In this document: positions 23,628 to 37,200 of the stretch, in pieces
How the letters are laid out: each line of letters begins with the position of its first letter
How positions within the stretch are numbered: position 1 is the stretch's first letter
Source: Nageia nagi
Taxonomy: Eukaryota > Plantae > Pinophyta
Reading direction: 5' to 3'
Assembly: GCA_050084985.1 (NCBI GenBank)
Contig: JBITNC010000001.1
Location: 5,270,001-5,334,000, forward strand
DNA: 64,000 nucleotides
Translations under genes and position numbers: made by a program
The notes under the pieces: generated by a model
What the model saw: the letters and a program-made list of their open reading frames with translations, nothing else
Told to the model about the DNA's origin: nothing
The model's database searches: none

Positions 23628-26600
23628 TGTTCAAATCTTTAAAGTATATCTAGATACTTTTAAGTGTTAAATGAATATAATATGTTGTTCCTTTAACCTA
23701 ACCCTTGGGTCAAAGGGTGGTTAAATGGAGGATTTTGCCCTATAAATAGAGGGTCTTTCCTCTTGTTTCAACACAAAAATTGAGAAGCAAAATTATGCTA
23801 TAAGGTTAGTGTTAAGAGAGAAAGAATGAGGTCTTGTAAGAGTTGTCTTTGAGAATAAGAAGATCTTGGTTAGTGGATGTACTCTCTTGTATGAGAGGAA
23901 CCACTTTACATGGGTGTGCAAATTGTGAGATTGGCTATGTGTTATGTTTAGAGCCTTCTTGAGATCTTGATAGTTTAGGATTTTATTTAGTAAAGTTTAA
24001 ATCTCTCATTTGGTATCAGAGCGGACTCAAAGGCTCCTTGGCTTGATCATCTTGGAGGTCATACCCACAACCTTGTTGACCTAATGGGAGACTCGTTTTC
24101 ACCCAAGCATATTTTAGACGGTTCCAACTATAGTATTTGGGAACCTAGAATGAAAGTAGAACTCCAAGCATAGAAACTTTGGCAAGTTGTAAGTGAACAC
24201 CAAGTTGCTCCAATCGATGAAAAGGCACTTGAGTCATACAATACAAAGAATGAATTGGCCACTTCTATGATCTTTTGTGCAGTTTTTGATGGCATCCTTC
24301 TCCTAATTTCCTTGTCGATCTTTGCAAAGGAAGCTTGGGACAAACTGAAGAAAATCTATTTCGACACCAAATTCTCTAGAAGGTTTACACTTCTCCAAAA
24401 ATTATTGCAAGCACATCAACAAGAAATGGAAAATGTGGCAATCTACCTGAATAAGATTATTGATTTTAGGACCCAGCTTGTGGGATGTGGTTGCAATTGG
24501 ATTAATGACGAGTTTATGGTGTTTATCATCCTTCAAAGCCTCTCCACTAAATTCAATCACTTTGTGATTGTTATTGAAACAAGGCTAGATGATGAAGAAG
24601 AGGTGTTCTCCTTGGACAATCTTTCAAGACTTCTCTTGAAACATAAGGAAACACATAACAAAAAGTTATTGAGTTCATCTCCTAAGGAGCATCTTGTGGC
24701 ACTTGGACCAATGAAGACTCAATTCAAAAAGAGATTCAATCATCAAAAGAAGTCTTCATATGATCCAAAAAGGGATGTCAAAAAAGGTGGTAATAAACAA
24801 CATAATAGGTACGACAAGTCAAGAAACTCCAAAGCCAAGTTTGATGGCAATTGTTATTTATGTGGTATCTATGGTCATATGAAAGCTGATTGCTACAAGA
24901 AAAAGAAAGTTCAACGTAACAAAAAATATGAAAAATCAAATCACTTTAATGGTAAGAAGAAGAACAAGAATTTTGCTTATATTGCGACTTTTTACTCCAA
25001 GTTTCGCACCTTTTCAAATGATTGGTTTGTTTATTCCAAGTGCACTAATCACATGTGCTTTGAATAGGCTAAGTTTTTAAAATTTTCATAAATACAAAAA
25101 AGATGCAGTTTTGATAGGTGATAATTCATTCCTTGAAGTTCACGGTAAGGGAGTGTGTTACTACAAGGAAAGATTCTTAAAAATGTGCTCTATGTGCCTA
25201 AGCTCATAATGAATCTAGTTTTTGTGATTCAATTTGCTAGGAAAGGGTACTCTTTTGAGTTCAACTCCCACTCATGTTGCATAAAGATGAGACTTGCCAC
25301 TTTGGTGATAGGTTCAGTAAAAGATTATCTCTATGTTGTGGATCAAGCTCCAACAAAGATGTGTCTTGCTATGAATGTTTGTCCTAAAGGTAATATTTAG
25401 CACCATCGATTAAGCCACCTTAACCACAAGAGTATCCAAGCTATGGAAAATCAAGAACTTGTGAAAGGTTTGCCTACAATATCACCCACAATTGGTTTGT
25501 ATGAGAAATGCATCCTAAGCAAGGTAAATAGACAAAAATTTGAGAAAGATAAGGCAACAAGGGCCACACAAATTCTTCAACTTGTGTATTCAGATTTGAT
25601 AGGTCCATTTTTGACTAAGTTGCTTGAGGGAGCATCTTATGTCCTAACCTTCATTGATAACTTCAACAGAATGACCTTTGGCTATTTTTTCAAGCACAAG
25701 TATCAAACTTTTGATAGATTCAAAGCTTTCAAAGCCTTGGTTGAAAATAAGTCTAGCCAAAAAATTAAGATGCTAAGATTTGACAATGAAGGTGAGTATC
25801 ATAGTAATGAGTTTAATGACTATTGTGTCAAATATGGGATCAAGAGCCAGTTTACGATCCCTTATATTCCTAAGCAAAATGGTGTTGCCAAATGAAAGAA
25901 TAGAACCATTCAAGAAATGACGAAGTGTATGTTGGGTAACCTTCCTAGTTGAAGGTCAAATTCTGTACGAAGCTTGGATAGAAAAGAAACCCAACATCTT
26001 TCACTTTAGAGTGTTTGGTTGTGAAGCCTATTTCTTTGTTATTCCTGAGAAAAGGAAGATGGATAAGCATAAAGGCTACAGGCTCTATTCTCCTTCTTCC
26101 AAAGTAGTATTTGTCTCATAAGATGTTAAGTTCAATGAACTTCCTATGGAATTTGCTTCTTGTGAGGAGTTGGATGACCTTGATGACTTTTCTGTTACAC
26201 CTAACTGGATGGATATCAATGTGGATAAGTCACCTCATGAGTAAAACTCTCCAACACAAAGACTAACCAAGAGTATGAACTTAAATAAATTCTTGTTCGC
26301 AAAGATTGATAGCAAGAATGAACCCTCATTGTTTAAGGAAGCTTCAAAGCACAAGTGCTAGATAAAAGTAATGAATGTAGAATATGAGGCTCTCATGAAA
26401 AATCAAACTTGGGATTTGGTTCTCTATCCCATCGAAAAATATGATTGGTGATAAATGGATTTATAAGGTCAAATATAATTCAATTAGAGATATTGAAAAA
26501 TACAAAGCAAGGTTAGTAACTGAAGGTTTTTCTCAAAAATACAATATTGATTATGAAAAAATCTTTTCTCCCATAGTAAAGATGCCTACAGTCAAGTTAA

Positions 26601-29600
26601 TCCTTGCTCTTTCTGTAGCTCAAGGCTGGAAAGTCTTTCAACTTAATGTCGAGAGTGCTTTTCTCAATGATGACTTAGATGTGGAGATCTACATGAACCA
26701 ACTTGAAGGGTTTGTTGTGGAAGGCAAAGAGTCTTTTGTGTGCAAGTTAAAGAAGTCCTTGTATGGCCTTAAGCAAGCACCTAGAGCCTGATACAAAAAT
26801 ATTTCAGGATACTTTCAAGACATTGGGTTTTCTAAGTGCAACTTCGTGACCTATCTATATGTGCTCAATCATAGAAAAGACTTAGTCTTGATTCTTCTAT
26901 ATGTGGATGATATTTTGATAAGAAGAAATAATCTTGTATTCATCCAAGAGTGCATCTCTAAACTCAAGGCCACTTTTGAAATGACAGACCTTGGTCTGCT
27001 GCACTACTACCTTAGTATGCAAGTATTTCAATATAAGGATTGCACGTGCCTTAGTCAATCTAAGTATATTTTTGATCTTCTGCACAAGCTTGGCATGGAG
27101 GAGTGCACATCTACTCTAATCCCAGTCTCTCTTAGCATCACTTTGTCTGTCAACTCCACCTTCAGTTGACTGATGCTACAATTTATAGGCAATTAATTGG
27201 TAGTCTTTTTTATTTGACTATTTCTAGGCCAAATATTGCATTTGCAATCAATTTAATACCATAATTTATGCAAAAACCATATGTTGAACATCTCAATGCT
27301 ATTAAGCACATATTACGATATGTTGCGGGCACTAAAGACCTTGCTCTCAAGCATTCCAAGTTGCCCTCATTTGTTCTCTCAAGGTTCTTTCATTTTGACA
27401 ATGGGAGAAATCATGATGATCGAAAATTAACCTCTGCTTATATTTTTAGCATTGGTTTCGATGCTATCTCCTGGGCTTCCAAGAAGTAGCCTACAATTGC
27501 TCTTTCTATCATAGAATCCCAATATCGTGCCATGTCTATCGCTACCCAAGAAGCTATTTGGTTGTACCATCATTTGCTAGAAATTGGGTTTGCAAAAAAG
27601 CATCCTTCTCTGATTTCTTTTGATAATCAGTCCGCCATTACTTTGGCCAAGAACCTTATTTTCCACCAGATAATGAAGCATGTTCAAATCTAGGCCCATT
27701 TTATCAAGAAGACGATTTTGGATGGTATCCTTTACTTACAATATTGTTCATCCGTCATTAACTCTATTTATTTGTTCACTAAGCCCCTTCTTGAAGCTCA
27801 ATTTTGCAAGTTCCAGGAGACTATTAGGTTGGTGAAGTTACCCTTAAGGGGGAGTGACAGTTGAATTCCTATTTGTGATGCTAACTTCATCCCTAGGAGG
27901 CATGTTTTGTTTTATAGTGTTGATCTTTGTGTTTACCTTCGTGGTTAGTTCGCTCTATGTGAGGAATCATGATGATCAAAAATTAACATCTGCTTATATT
28001 TTTAGCATTGGTTTCGATGCTATCTCTTGGGCTTCCAAGAAGTAGCCTACAATTGCTCTTTCTATCATAGAATCCCAATATCGTGCCATGTCTATCGCTA
28101 CCCAAGAAGCTATTTGGTTGCACCATCATTTGCTAGAAATTGGGTTTGCAAAAAAGCATCCTTCTCTGATTTCTTTTGATAATCAGTCCGCCATTACTTT
28201 GGCCAAGAACCTTATTTTCCACCAAATAATGAAGCATGTTGAAATCTAGGCCCATTTTATCAAGAAGACGATTTTGGATGGTATCCTTTACTTACAATAT
28301 TGTTCATCCGTCCTTAACTCTATTTATTTGTTCACTAAGCCCCTTCTTGAAGCTCAATTTTGCAAGCTCCAGGAGACTCTTGGGTTGGTGAAGTTACCCT
28401 TAAGGGGGAGTGACAGTTGAATTCCTATTTGTGATGCTAACTTCATCCCTAGGAGGCATGTTTTGTTTTATAGTGTTGATCTTTGTGTTTACCTTCGTGG
28501 TTAGTTCGCTCTATGTGAGGAATCATGATGATCGAAAATTAACCTCTGCTTATATTTTTAGCATTGGTTTCGATGCTATCTCTTGGGCTTCCAAGAAGTA
28601 GCCTACAATTGCTCTTTCTATCATAGAATCCCAATATCGTGCCATGTCTATCGCTACCCAAGAAGCTATTTGGTTGCACCATCATTTGCTAGAAATTGGG
28701 TTTGCAAAAAAGCATCCTTCTCTGATTTCTTTTGATAATCAGTCCGCCATTACTTTGGCCAAGAACCTTATTTTCCACCAGATAACGAAGCATGTTGAAA
28801 TCTAGGCCCATTTTATCAAGAAGACGATTTTGGATGGTATCCTTTACTTACAATATTGTTCATCCGTCCTTAACTCTATTTATTTGTTCACTAAGCCCCT
28901 TCTTGAAGCTCAATTTTGCAAGCTCCAGGAGACTCTTGGGTTGGTGAAGTTACCCTTAAGGGGGAGTGACAGTTGAATTCCTATTTGTGATGCTAACTTC
29001 ATCCCTAGGAGGCATGTTTTGTTTTATAGTGTTGATCTTTGTGTTTACCTTCGTGGTTAGTTCGCTCTATGTGAGGAACTAGTTGCATAATTTTTTAAGC
29101 AGATGATATACACCTTTGTGGTTAGTTCACTCTGGATGAGGAACTAGTGGTATATATTATGACATCTGCTAGCATTGTTTCAATTATCAACACATATTTT
29201 TATACAACAGGTGACTATAAGTATTGACTTGGCATCTTCGTGATGACTTATAGTGCACCATTGATCAGTTCTAGAATGGCATTACATGGTTCATTTATCT
29301 TATATTGATATGAATGTTTATATAATGCATCTGACTGATCTTGTTTATGAGCTGCTTGTAGTTTGCAGGTTTCTTCTTAAGAATGCAGGTTACTTACTTC
29401 GAGTGAGCAGGCTTATGAAGGCTCACATGTCAACTTTTTGTTAATCGACTACTCTGTACAATGAAACCATTTGTGGTTAATGATTGTATTGTAAACCATT
29501 TTGTCAAATGGTAAAGTAGTGAGTCTCAAACTAAGATATTGCTTAATTTTTAAAGACGTAAAAGTTCTCATCTCCAGTTGTATCTCTATGGAGGAGAACC

Positions 29601-30084
29601 CTCTCTTACTCTATCTTTCTTCTTTCTTCTAGACTCTATTCCAATATTACATTAAAGTGGAGTGTTGGAATATGCAATGTAATATTGTATTAGTCTCTTC
29701 TTTTATGTAAACACTTAAAGTATATCTAGATACCTTTAAGTGTTAAATGAATATAATATGTTGTTCCCTTAACCTAACCCTTGGTTCAAAGGGTGATTAA
29801 AGGGACGATTTTTCCCTATAAATAGAGGGCCTTTTCTCTTGTTTAAACACACAAATTGAGAAGCAAAATTATGCTATAGGGTTAGTGTTATGAGAGAAAA
29901 AATGATGCCTTGTAAGAGTTATCTTTGAGAATAAGAAGATCTTGGTTAGTGGATGTACTCTCTTGTATGAGAGGAATCACTTTACATGTGTGTGCAAATT
30001 GTGAGATTGGCTATGTGTTATGTTGAGATCCTTCTTGAGATCTTGGTAGTTTAGGATTTTACTCATTAAATTTTAAATCCCTCA
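23628..30084 (+). mobile_element. Copia A: degenerate full-length Ty1/copia; LTRs 23628-24008 and 29663-30084
   Basis: PBS TGGTATCAGAGC 24011-24022; gag with CCHC (CYLCGIYGHMKADC), protease, integrase (QNGVA), RT (KKSLYGLKQAPRA, LLYVDD), RNase H; TSD AATTG/AGTTG. The inverted C LTR shows the empty-site sequence. Confidence 0.95.
27405..29078 (+). repeat. Tandem triplication of a 556-bp unit (RNase H C-terminus, internal PPT-like motif, start of 3' region)
   Basis: Three near-identical copies; the ORFs at 27854 and 28410 are 556 nt apart. Confidence 0.97.
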
Positions 30085-32828
30085 AGTTGTGTAGGAAAAG
30101 TTGCAGACTTGGGATTTGCAAAACAAAGCCTCTTTTTGGTTTAATATAATTTCTTATGCAACGAATAAGATTTGAGTACTCTTGAATCAAGATATATGTT
30201 TTGTGTTCTTGTTTTACATTTCTCATGTAGTATAAACATTGTTTTCATATTGTTATTATGGGACAATCATTGCATTTGAATTATTGAGGGCATAACATAG
30301 AAATAAGAAAAAATGTAAAATTTGTACTTGAGGATCCAAGTAAGACATAGTTTTTTGGTGATTAAATATCATGTGGTATCAAAGTTGGTTGAGATTATTG
30401 TTGGGCATTTATTAATTTGTTACATAGTTGTGGTTATTTTATCTTATTTTTATGTTATGCCCTCAACATTTGAAATGCAATGATTATCCCATAATAACAA
30501 TATGAAAATAGTGTTTACACTACATAAGAAATGTAAAAAAAAGAACACAACATATAACTTGATTCAAGAGTATTCAAATCTTATTCATTGCATAAGAAAT
30601 TACTTTCAACCAAAAGGAGGCTCTATTTTGTAACTCCAAGGTCTGCAACTTTTCTTACATAATTAAAATCCACTCTCCTAGCTTCTACAACTAACAAAAT
30701 TCATTTCTCTTGTTGGTTATTTTGTTTCTTGCCTTCTTACCCCTTCAATCTTACAAGATAAAGGTTTATATAGCATCTTAAGGATGTTCTAGACAAAAAA
30801 ATTGACACCTCTTGGCTTTTCAATGGTTTACATGGAAATGTAGCCTAATTAATGCAACCCAGAGGTGTTTACATGGAAATTTGAACAAAAAGTAATAAAC
30901 AATTATTAAAATCATATTTAATCTCAAATTCCAAAATTGAAATCGCAACTTCAAAGGATCCTTAGTGCTAGTGTTTAATTCAACTTTAGCACTATCGAAC
31001 AATGTGTTTCTCTAGGTTATAGTCGAGTCGAGCTCCCCAAGTCAAGTCTTAAGTTAGGTCAACATGTCATGAACAAATTCACAAATTGAAACATACCAGA
31101 TCAACTCTAGAATTTTCCTTGTTGATGTTAATACCTCTCTCCATGATCCATTGAAGTATTGGCACCCATTTTTGTAGGAATCCCAATGCTAGCACTACCA
31201 ACAACATTTATGTCGAATCCTTTTATTCTTTATTGATCCATTTTTAGATCATGCCTCCCCAATGGGAAGGTATTTTGTCTCCAAATGCTTAAAACATATA
31301 AGGATGAGGAACACAAGTTCCCTAAGGAAATCCATTATGTCTCCCCTTATTATATGTGTTGAAATCATCCAAGGATTCCATGATGTAAACCCCCAGTCGA
31401 TATGAATGGGTAGTAAGGATCTATACTTCTTTGCACTCCCACTCCACTTTTTAGCTGCTTCTTCTTCCTCTTGTGAGGACTACTCTGATGAAGTTACTTA
31501 TTCTTACTCATCTTGGCATGTCTTTCTAAATTTTTGATAATATTGTGCTTGAACTGATGGTTTTTTTCCTCTTGGTGCTTTACTTTCATAAGTGTTAGTT
31601 TTATAGAAGGATTAATAATATTCTTCACTTGTCTCATTACAACAAATAGATTGGTTGTTTTGTACACTTGAGACCTTACAACAAATTTCCTATTATCTTT
31701 TTCAAGACAATACTTATTCTCCTTCCTATAGTATATAACATCTTTATTAAACAAATAAGGACTTTCTAACAATATGCCAACAACATCAATAGGTACAACA
31801 TCAAATGCAATCTTATCAATGAAATCAACATTAATGGTAAACCTTAACTTGCATTGGTATGTGACTTACATCTTTTTCATATTACTCATCCACCCAAGTC
31901 GATAAGGATGTGAATGAAGATGAATCTTCAATCTTAACTTCTTCACCAAGTCCTCTAAAATCAAATTCACTTGAGAACCATGATCAACAAGTGCATCAAT
32001 TTTTGTCTTCTTTGCTTGAACCTTGATGTAAAATAATTGCATCTTCCTCTCCTCTTCTTCACCTTTTGATGATGAGTCATTCAAAACCATGCAATTAAGT
32101 GTTTCATCAACTGCAAAAGCATCTTCTAACTCACAAACTTCTTCTTCCTCCATTGCTAGCACTGACTGTATCACTAACATTGCCTTTTTCTCATATTTCT
32201 CCGTAAACCATTTTGGTCAAAGGTTTGGATGTGTATATCAACATGTATCTTCCTCGTCCCCTTCTTTATTGTAGTTTGAGCACTAATTCTTCTTATACTC
32301 ATCTTTCTTTGTTGTGGCATTGATCTTGTCCTTATCTTGTGGCTTCTTCTTGGAGCATTTCTCTTCATCTTTGATCTTCCATTGAGCCTCCAAGTGCTGT
32401 TGTGTTAAACAAAAACTTGATCAAAATCTGAAGGATTAAAAAGTAATAATGTATGTTGAAGGTAACTATGCAAACCTCTAATATATTTGAGAATAATATC
32501 TTGGCCTTTCAAGGAAACCCCAATCAATGCAACCCTCTTCTTGAATTCAGTTGTATACTCTTGAACATTTTCCCCCTTATCTTACCTGAAATGAAACCAT
32601 TCCATTATCTTCTTTTGTTGATGGCCAAGAGGATTGATCCAAAGATCTAGCTTCGTTGAAAATTTGAATTGGAGGTTTCCTAGATGAAGATTGGATCCAT
32701 GTGTGCTCTATAGAATCAAGTAGTTTTGGAAAAGGGGGAATCCTTGTGTTGGAGAAGACTCTTGTCAATTTCATTTGAACATGGAGACTAGCGACAGAGT
32801 TCGACCACCCTAAGAGTTGGCGACATCC

Positions 32829-32950
32829 GAGACTTGGTGTCTAGTGATTGAGTTCGACCAATTGAGACTTGGCATATAGTGATTGAGTTTTGCCACTTGA
32901 GACTTGATGTATAGTGACTAATTTTAGACATTTGATACTTGGCAAGTTAG
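32829..32950 (+). repeat. 35-bp tandem repeat inside the gypsy B LTR (also ~38790-38910); 38-bp duplication at 33250-33325 in the 5' LTR only
   Basis: GAGACTTG-type anchors at 32829, 32864, 32899 and 32934. Confidence 0.8.
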
Positions 32951-33755
32951 CGATATTCATTAGAACCCAATCAATTCGTTAACATTTGCTAAAAATAAAA
33001 TCACTTGGAATCTTCTACTTAGTTGTTAGTTGAAATAGATAAGGATATGGAAGCAGATGACATAATGGACAAGAACCATAAGTGGGCAAATAAAATGACC
33101 CAACCAACCATTCAATTATTGTGGGAAGTTGAGACAACATCATTAATGGGTTTAAAGAAAACTAAAGTTGCATCATCGAGGATGGATGGAGAGGAAAAAT
33201 AATTAGAGGATTCAACCAAATTTTCAAGTGTAGCATTGAAGACTAGAATGAATCGACTAAACGTGGCTGTAGATTACATCATCAAGGGAATCGACTAAAC
33301 ATGGCTGTAGATTACATCATCGAGGGTTGAGTTGTAATTACATTTTGGAAGGATTTGTTTATGTGTTGAGGACATGGGAAACAAACTTATCCTTAATCAA
33401 TGGATTCAAAGATTGTAGTTATTGAGGACATACTCTCACATTGAGAGTAACCTCATTAAATTTTGTGTCATTGTGAATGTTGTGTGATTATTATTTTCCA
33501 TTCATGTTCATAGTTAGTAGCAAAATGAACATGTACATGGTTAAATTCACTTAATGAAATCTTTGATTAATTTCTAATCCATGAACAAAATTTGTATGTG
33601 ACTATTCTCTAAAGGCTATAATCTTTAGGAATTTACATATCAAGTGGTATCAGAGCACTAGTTTGATTTGAGACTATGGATGCAAGGGAGGAGAATTCGA
33701 TCTGATAATGATGACTTTCCAAGTATATTTGTTACAATGGAAGCCACATTGTCTA

Positions 33756-34257
33756 TTAAGGAACTAAAACTAACAAGATAATGCCTAAACAACCAAGATC
33801 TCTTGAAAGCTCACAATACACATCTAACAAACTCACAAATAAGACAATCTCACAAAGTAACTCAAGATGTAAAGTGGTTCCTCCAACTAGGAGTACATCC
33901 ACTAACTAGATCTCACTTCATTCATAATATAAACTCTTACAATCCTCCTAATCTCATTTTCCACACTTCTATCCTATAGCATAACATTACTCCACAATTG
34001 GTGTGCAATCACAAAGAGGGAGCCTTCTATTTATAGGCCAAAATCCCTCTTTGGATCAACCTTTTATCCAATGTACAAAAGCATGACATGCACATCCTTT
34101 TACCCAAGGGGCATGCTCATGACATGGAGTGTAGGACAAATTACATTATCATATTCACTTAAATACTTAAGGTATCAAATTATACCCTTAAGTATTAGTG
34201 AACTTACATAGAATATTATTACAAAACCTTTACAATAATGCATTATACATTCCAAAA
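33756..34257 (-). mobile_element. Solo LTR of the copia D family, inserted in gypsy B
   Basis: Reverse complement of the D LTR, 502 bp; perfect TSD GTCTA (33751-33755 and 34258-34262). Confidence 0.92.
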
Positions 34258-37200
34258 GTCTAGACTCATTAAGCTAATGGCTAGAAAATCTTGTGAGGAG
34301 GCACAATTGACTAGCGAAAGACAAGATAGTGGTTAATCATCTTCAACTCCACCATAAACAAATCCTTTATTTTTCAAGATAAAGTCCAAGGTAGAGATTA
34401 TGACCTTTGGAGGAGAGGTGGATGCAAATAAGTTGAAGAATTGGTTGAAGCAACTAAAAGTGTACTTCCAAGTGTAGAATGTGGTTAGTGATAAGACAAA
34501 GATCTCATTTGCAAGACTAAACTTAGGTGGACATGTGTTGTTGTGGTGGGAAGTCTATAATGACTCCTTAAGGCATGAGAACCAACCACCTATTGCATCT
34601 TGGGAATAATTCAAGAAGTTGTTTAAGGAACAATTCTATCCCTTAGGATACCACAACAAACAAATGATGAAGTGGAAATTCATGAGACAACAGAGAGGTC
34701 AAACTATCCAATAGTATATCATAGCATTCTGAAAATAAGCCATTGAAGTGGGAATTTCTCTTAAGGATCCTAGTGTGTTGATGAAGTATATTGGAGGTTT
34801 GCATTCTCATTACAGAAAATAATAATGTTTTTTTATCCTCTTGACCTTGATAGAGTTTGTGTACAAGCATAGTACTTAAGGGAAGATGGGAAGAAAAGGA
34901 AACAATTTGAGAACCCTAAGGGTACAAGTCACAGTGGACAACAAGAGAAAGGTAAAACCCAAGACAAAAGGAAAGCAAAACAATAAGAGAAGAATACCAC
35001 TACTCCTACAAAACCTAGTAGGCATTGTTCTCATTGTGATAAAAGTGGACATGTTGTTGATGAATGTTGGGATCTTTATCGAGAGAAGGAAAAAGCATTG
35101 TTAGAAGGAGAAAAATAAGGGCAAGAAGGCAATGATGGTGATAAAAGGTGAGATAGCCACTAATAGTTTTGACATAGATAATGATGACACTTATGCTACA
35201 ACCCAAAGAAAAGATGGTGCAAGCAAGGAACATCAGAAAACATAAGTATTTCATCTCAATATTAAATCCAAGAAAAATTGAATTTATCTCATCTTAGAAG
35301 ATTTGGTAAATTTGCAGAAGTTGGAGACATTTCCACATCTTGAATTGCACCCTTTGGGATGGATGAACAATAAGATAAGAATATATGTTACAAGACAGTG
35401 TAAGTTTAACATCACCATTAACATAAACTTTATTGTTGAAGTAGTCATTGATGTGGTCCCTCTCAATATCTATGGTGTGGTGTTTGGTAACATATATTTG
35501 AGGGATGGAGATGGAATCTACCATAGGAAATTGAACTAGTACCAATTGATAAAATATGGTGTGAAGTATTTAATCGATGCTCATAAAAGTAGGAACAAGA
35601 TAGAGTTGTGATATCTAGCCAAGGCAAGTGACTCATTAGCATTAGCAAGAAATATATGATCACCATGATCCAAACCAAGGTAGTTGAGGGAAAAAATTTA
35701 GCATTGGGAACAACAATGACATTGAACAAAGAAAATCAACAAATCCAAATTTTGTTAGAAGACTATAAAGAGTTATTTCAAGAGTCAAAGGGACTACCAC
35801 CAAAGAGACCCATCCAACATGAGATCCAGTTGATACCAAATGTTTCTCTTCCGAACATTGGAATGTATAGATAATTTGAGATGGAGAAGGAGGAAGTAAA
35901 TAGGCAAATTTATGAACTAATTAATCAAGGAGTGATCAGACATAGCACTTCACCTTATGGTTCATCAGTAATCTTAGTTCCCAAGAAGGATGGATCCTAG
36001 AGGATGTGCATCAACTATCAAGCATTAAATAAGATCATCATCAAGAACCGATACTTGTTACCAATCATTGATGATCTCTTAGACCAATAAGTGAGGTTAT
36101 ATTCTTCACCAAGTTAGATCTTAGGAGTGATATCACCAATTTCATATCTGAGAAGAAGATATGTGGAAGATTATTTTCAAGAGAAGAGAAAGTTTGTTTG
36201 AGTGGCTTATGCTACCATTTGGGTTGTGCAATACCCCAACCACCTTCATGAGAGTCATGAATGAAGCACTTCGACCATTCTTCGATAAATTTATCATTGT
36301 ATACTTATATTACATCCTTATATTCAACAAGACTTGGGAGGAACATCTAGAGCACCTGGAAAAAATGCTACAAACTCTAAACAATCACAAGCTCCTATTG
36401 AAGTAGAGTAAGTGTGAGTTTGGTAAGAGCAATGTGGTGTATCTTGGACATATCATTGGCAATGAGAAGTTTAGGATTGACCTTGAGAAGGTGAACACCA
36501 TTTTGGATTGACCAAGACCCTCTAATGTTACTAAAACTAGGATTTTCTTAGCGGTGACTCAATACCTCAAGAAATTTATAGTGAACTTTTCAATTCTGGT
36601 GATCCCATTACATGATATAACTGGTAAGAGGGTCAAATTTTAGTGGGGAATAAAATAATAGACTATATTTGACACATTGAAATAGAATATTGTCAATGAA
36701 CCAATCTTAGCATTTCCCAATCTATAACAACCATTTGAAATTGAAATAGATACAAGCAAGTATGCCATTGGAGCAGTGCTAATACAAGGGAGCAAACCAA
36801 TGTGTTATCATTTAGAGAAGCTTAGTGGAGCAATGTTAAACTACCCAATATATGATAAGGAACTATTTTCTCTAGTACATGTTGTAAATAAGTGGAAGCA
36901 TTATCTGGCAAGCAAAGAAACCATCATCCACACCGACCTCCAACCATTTCAATACCTGCAAACTCAATCTAAATTGTAGCAAGCGAGGCATTTTAGGTGG
37001 ATCAACTTCTTGCAAAAATAACATATCATCATAAACTATAATAAGGGGAGTACAAAAGAGATTGCAAACATGTTATCATGACCACCAATTTGAACATCCA
37101 TTTCAAGTATAAGTACTATCTTAAAACTTTGTCCTTTTGTGCAAGAATCATACAAGGAACAATACTTAACCGATGTGTATTCTAAGTTGATTCATGACAC

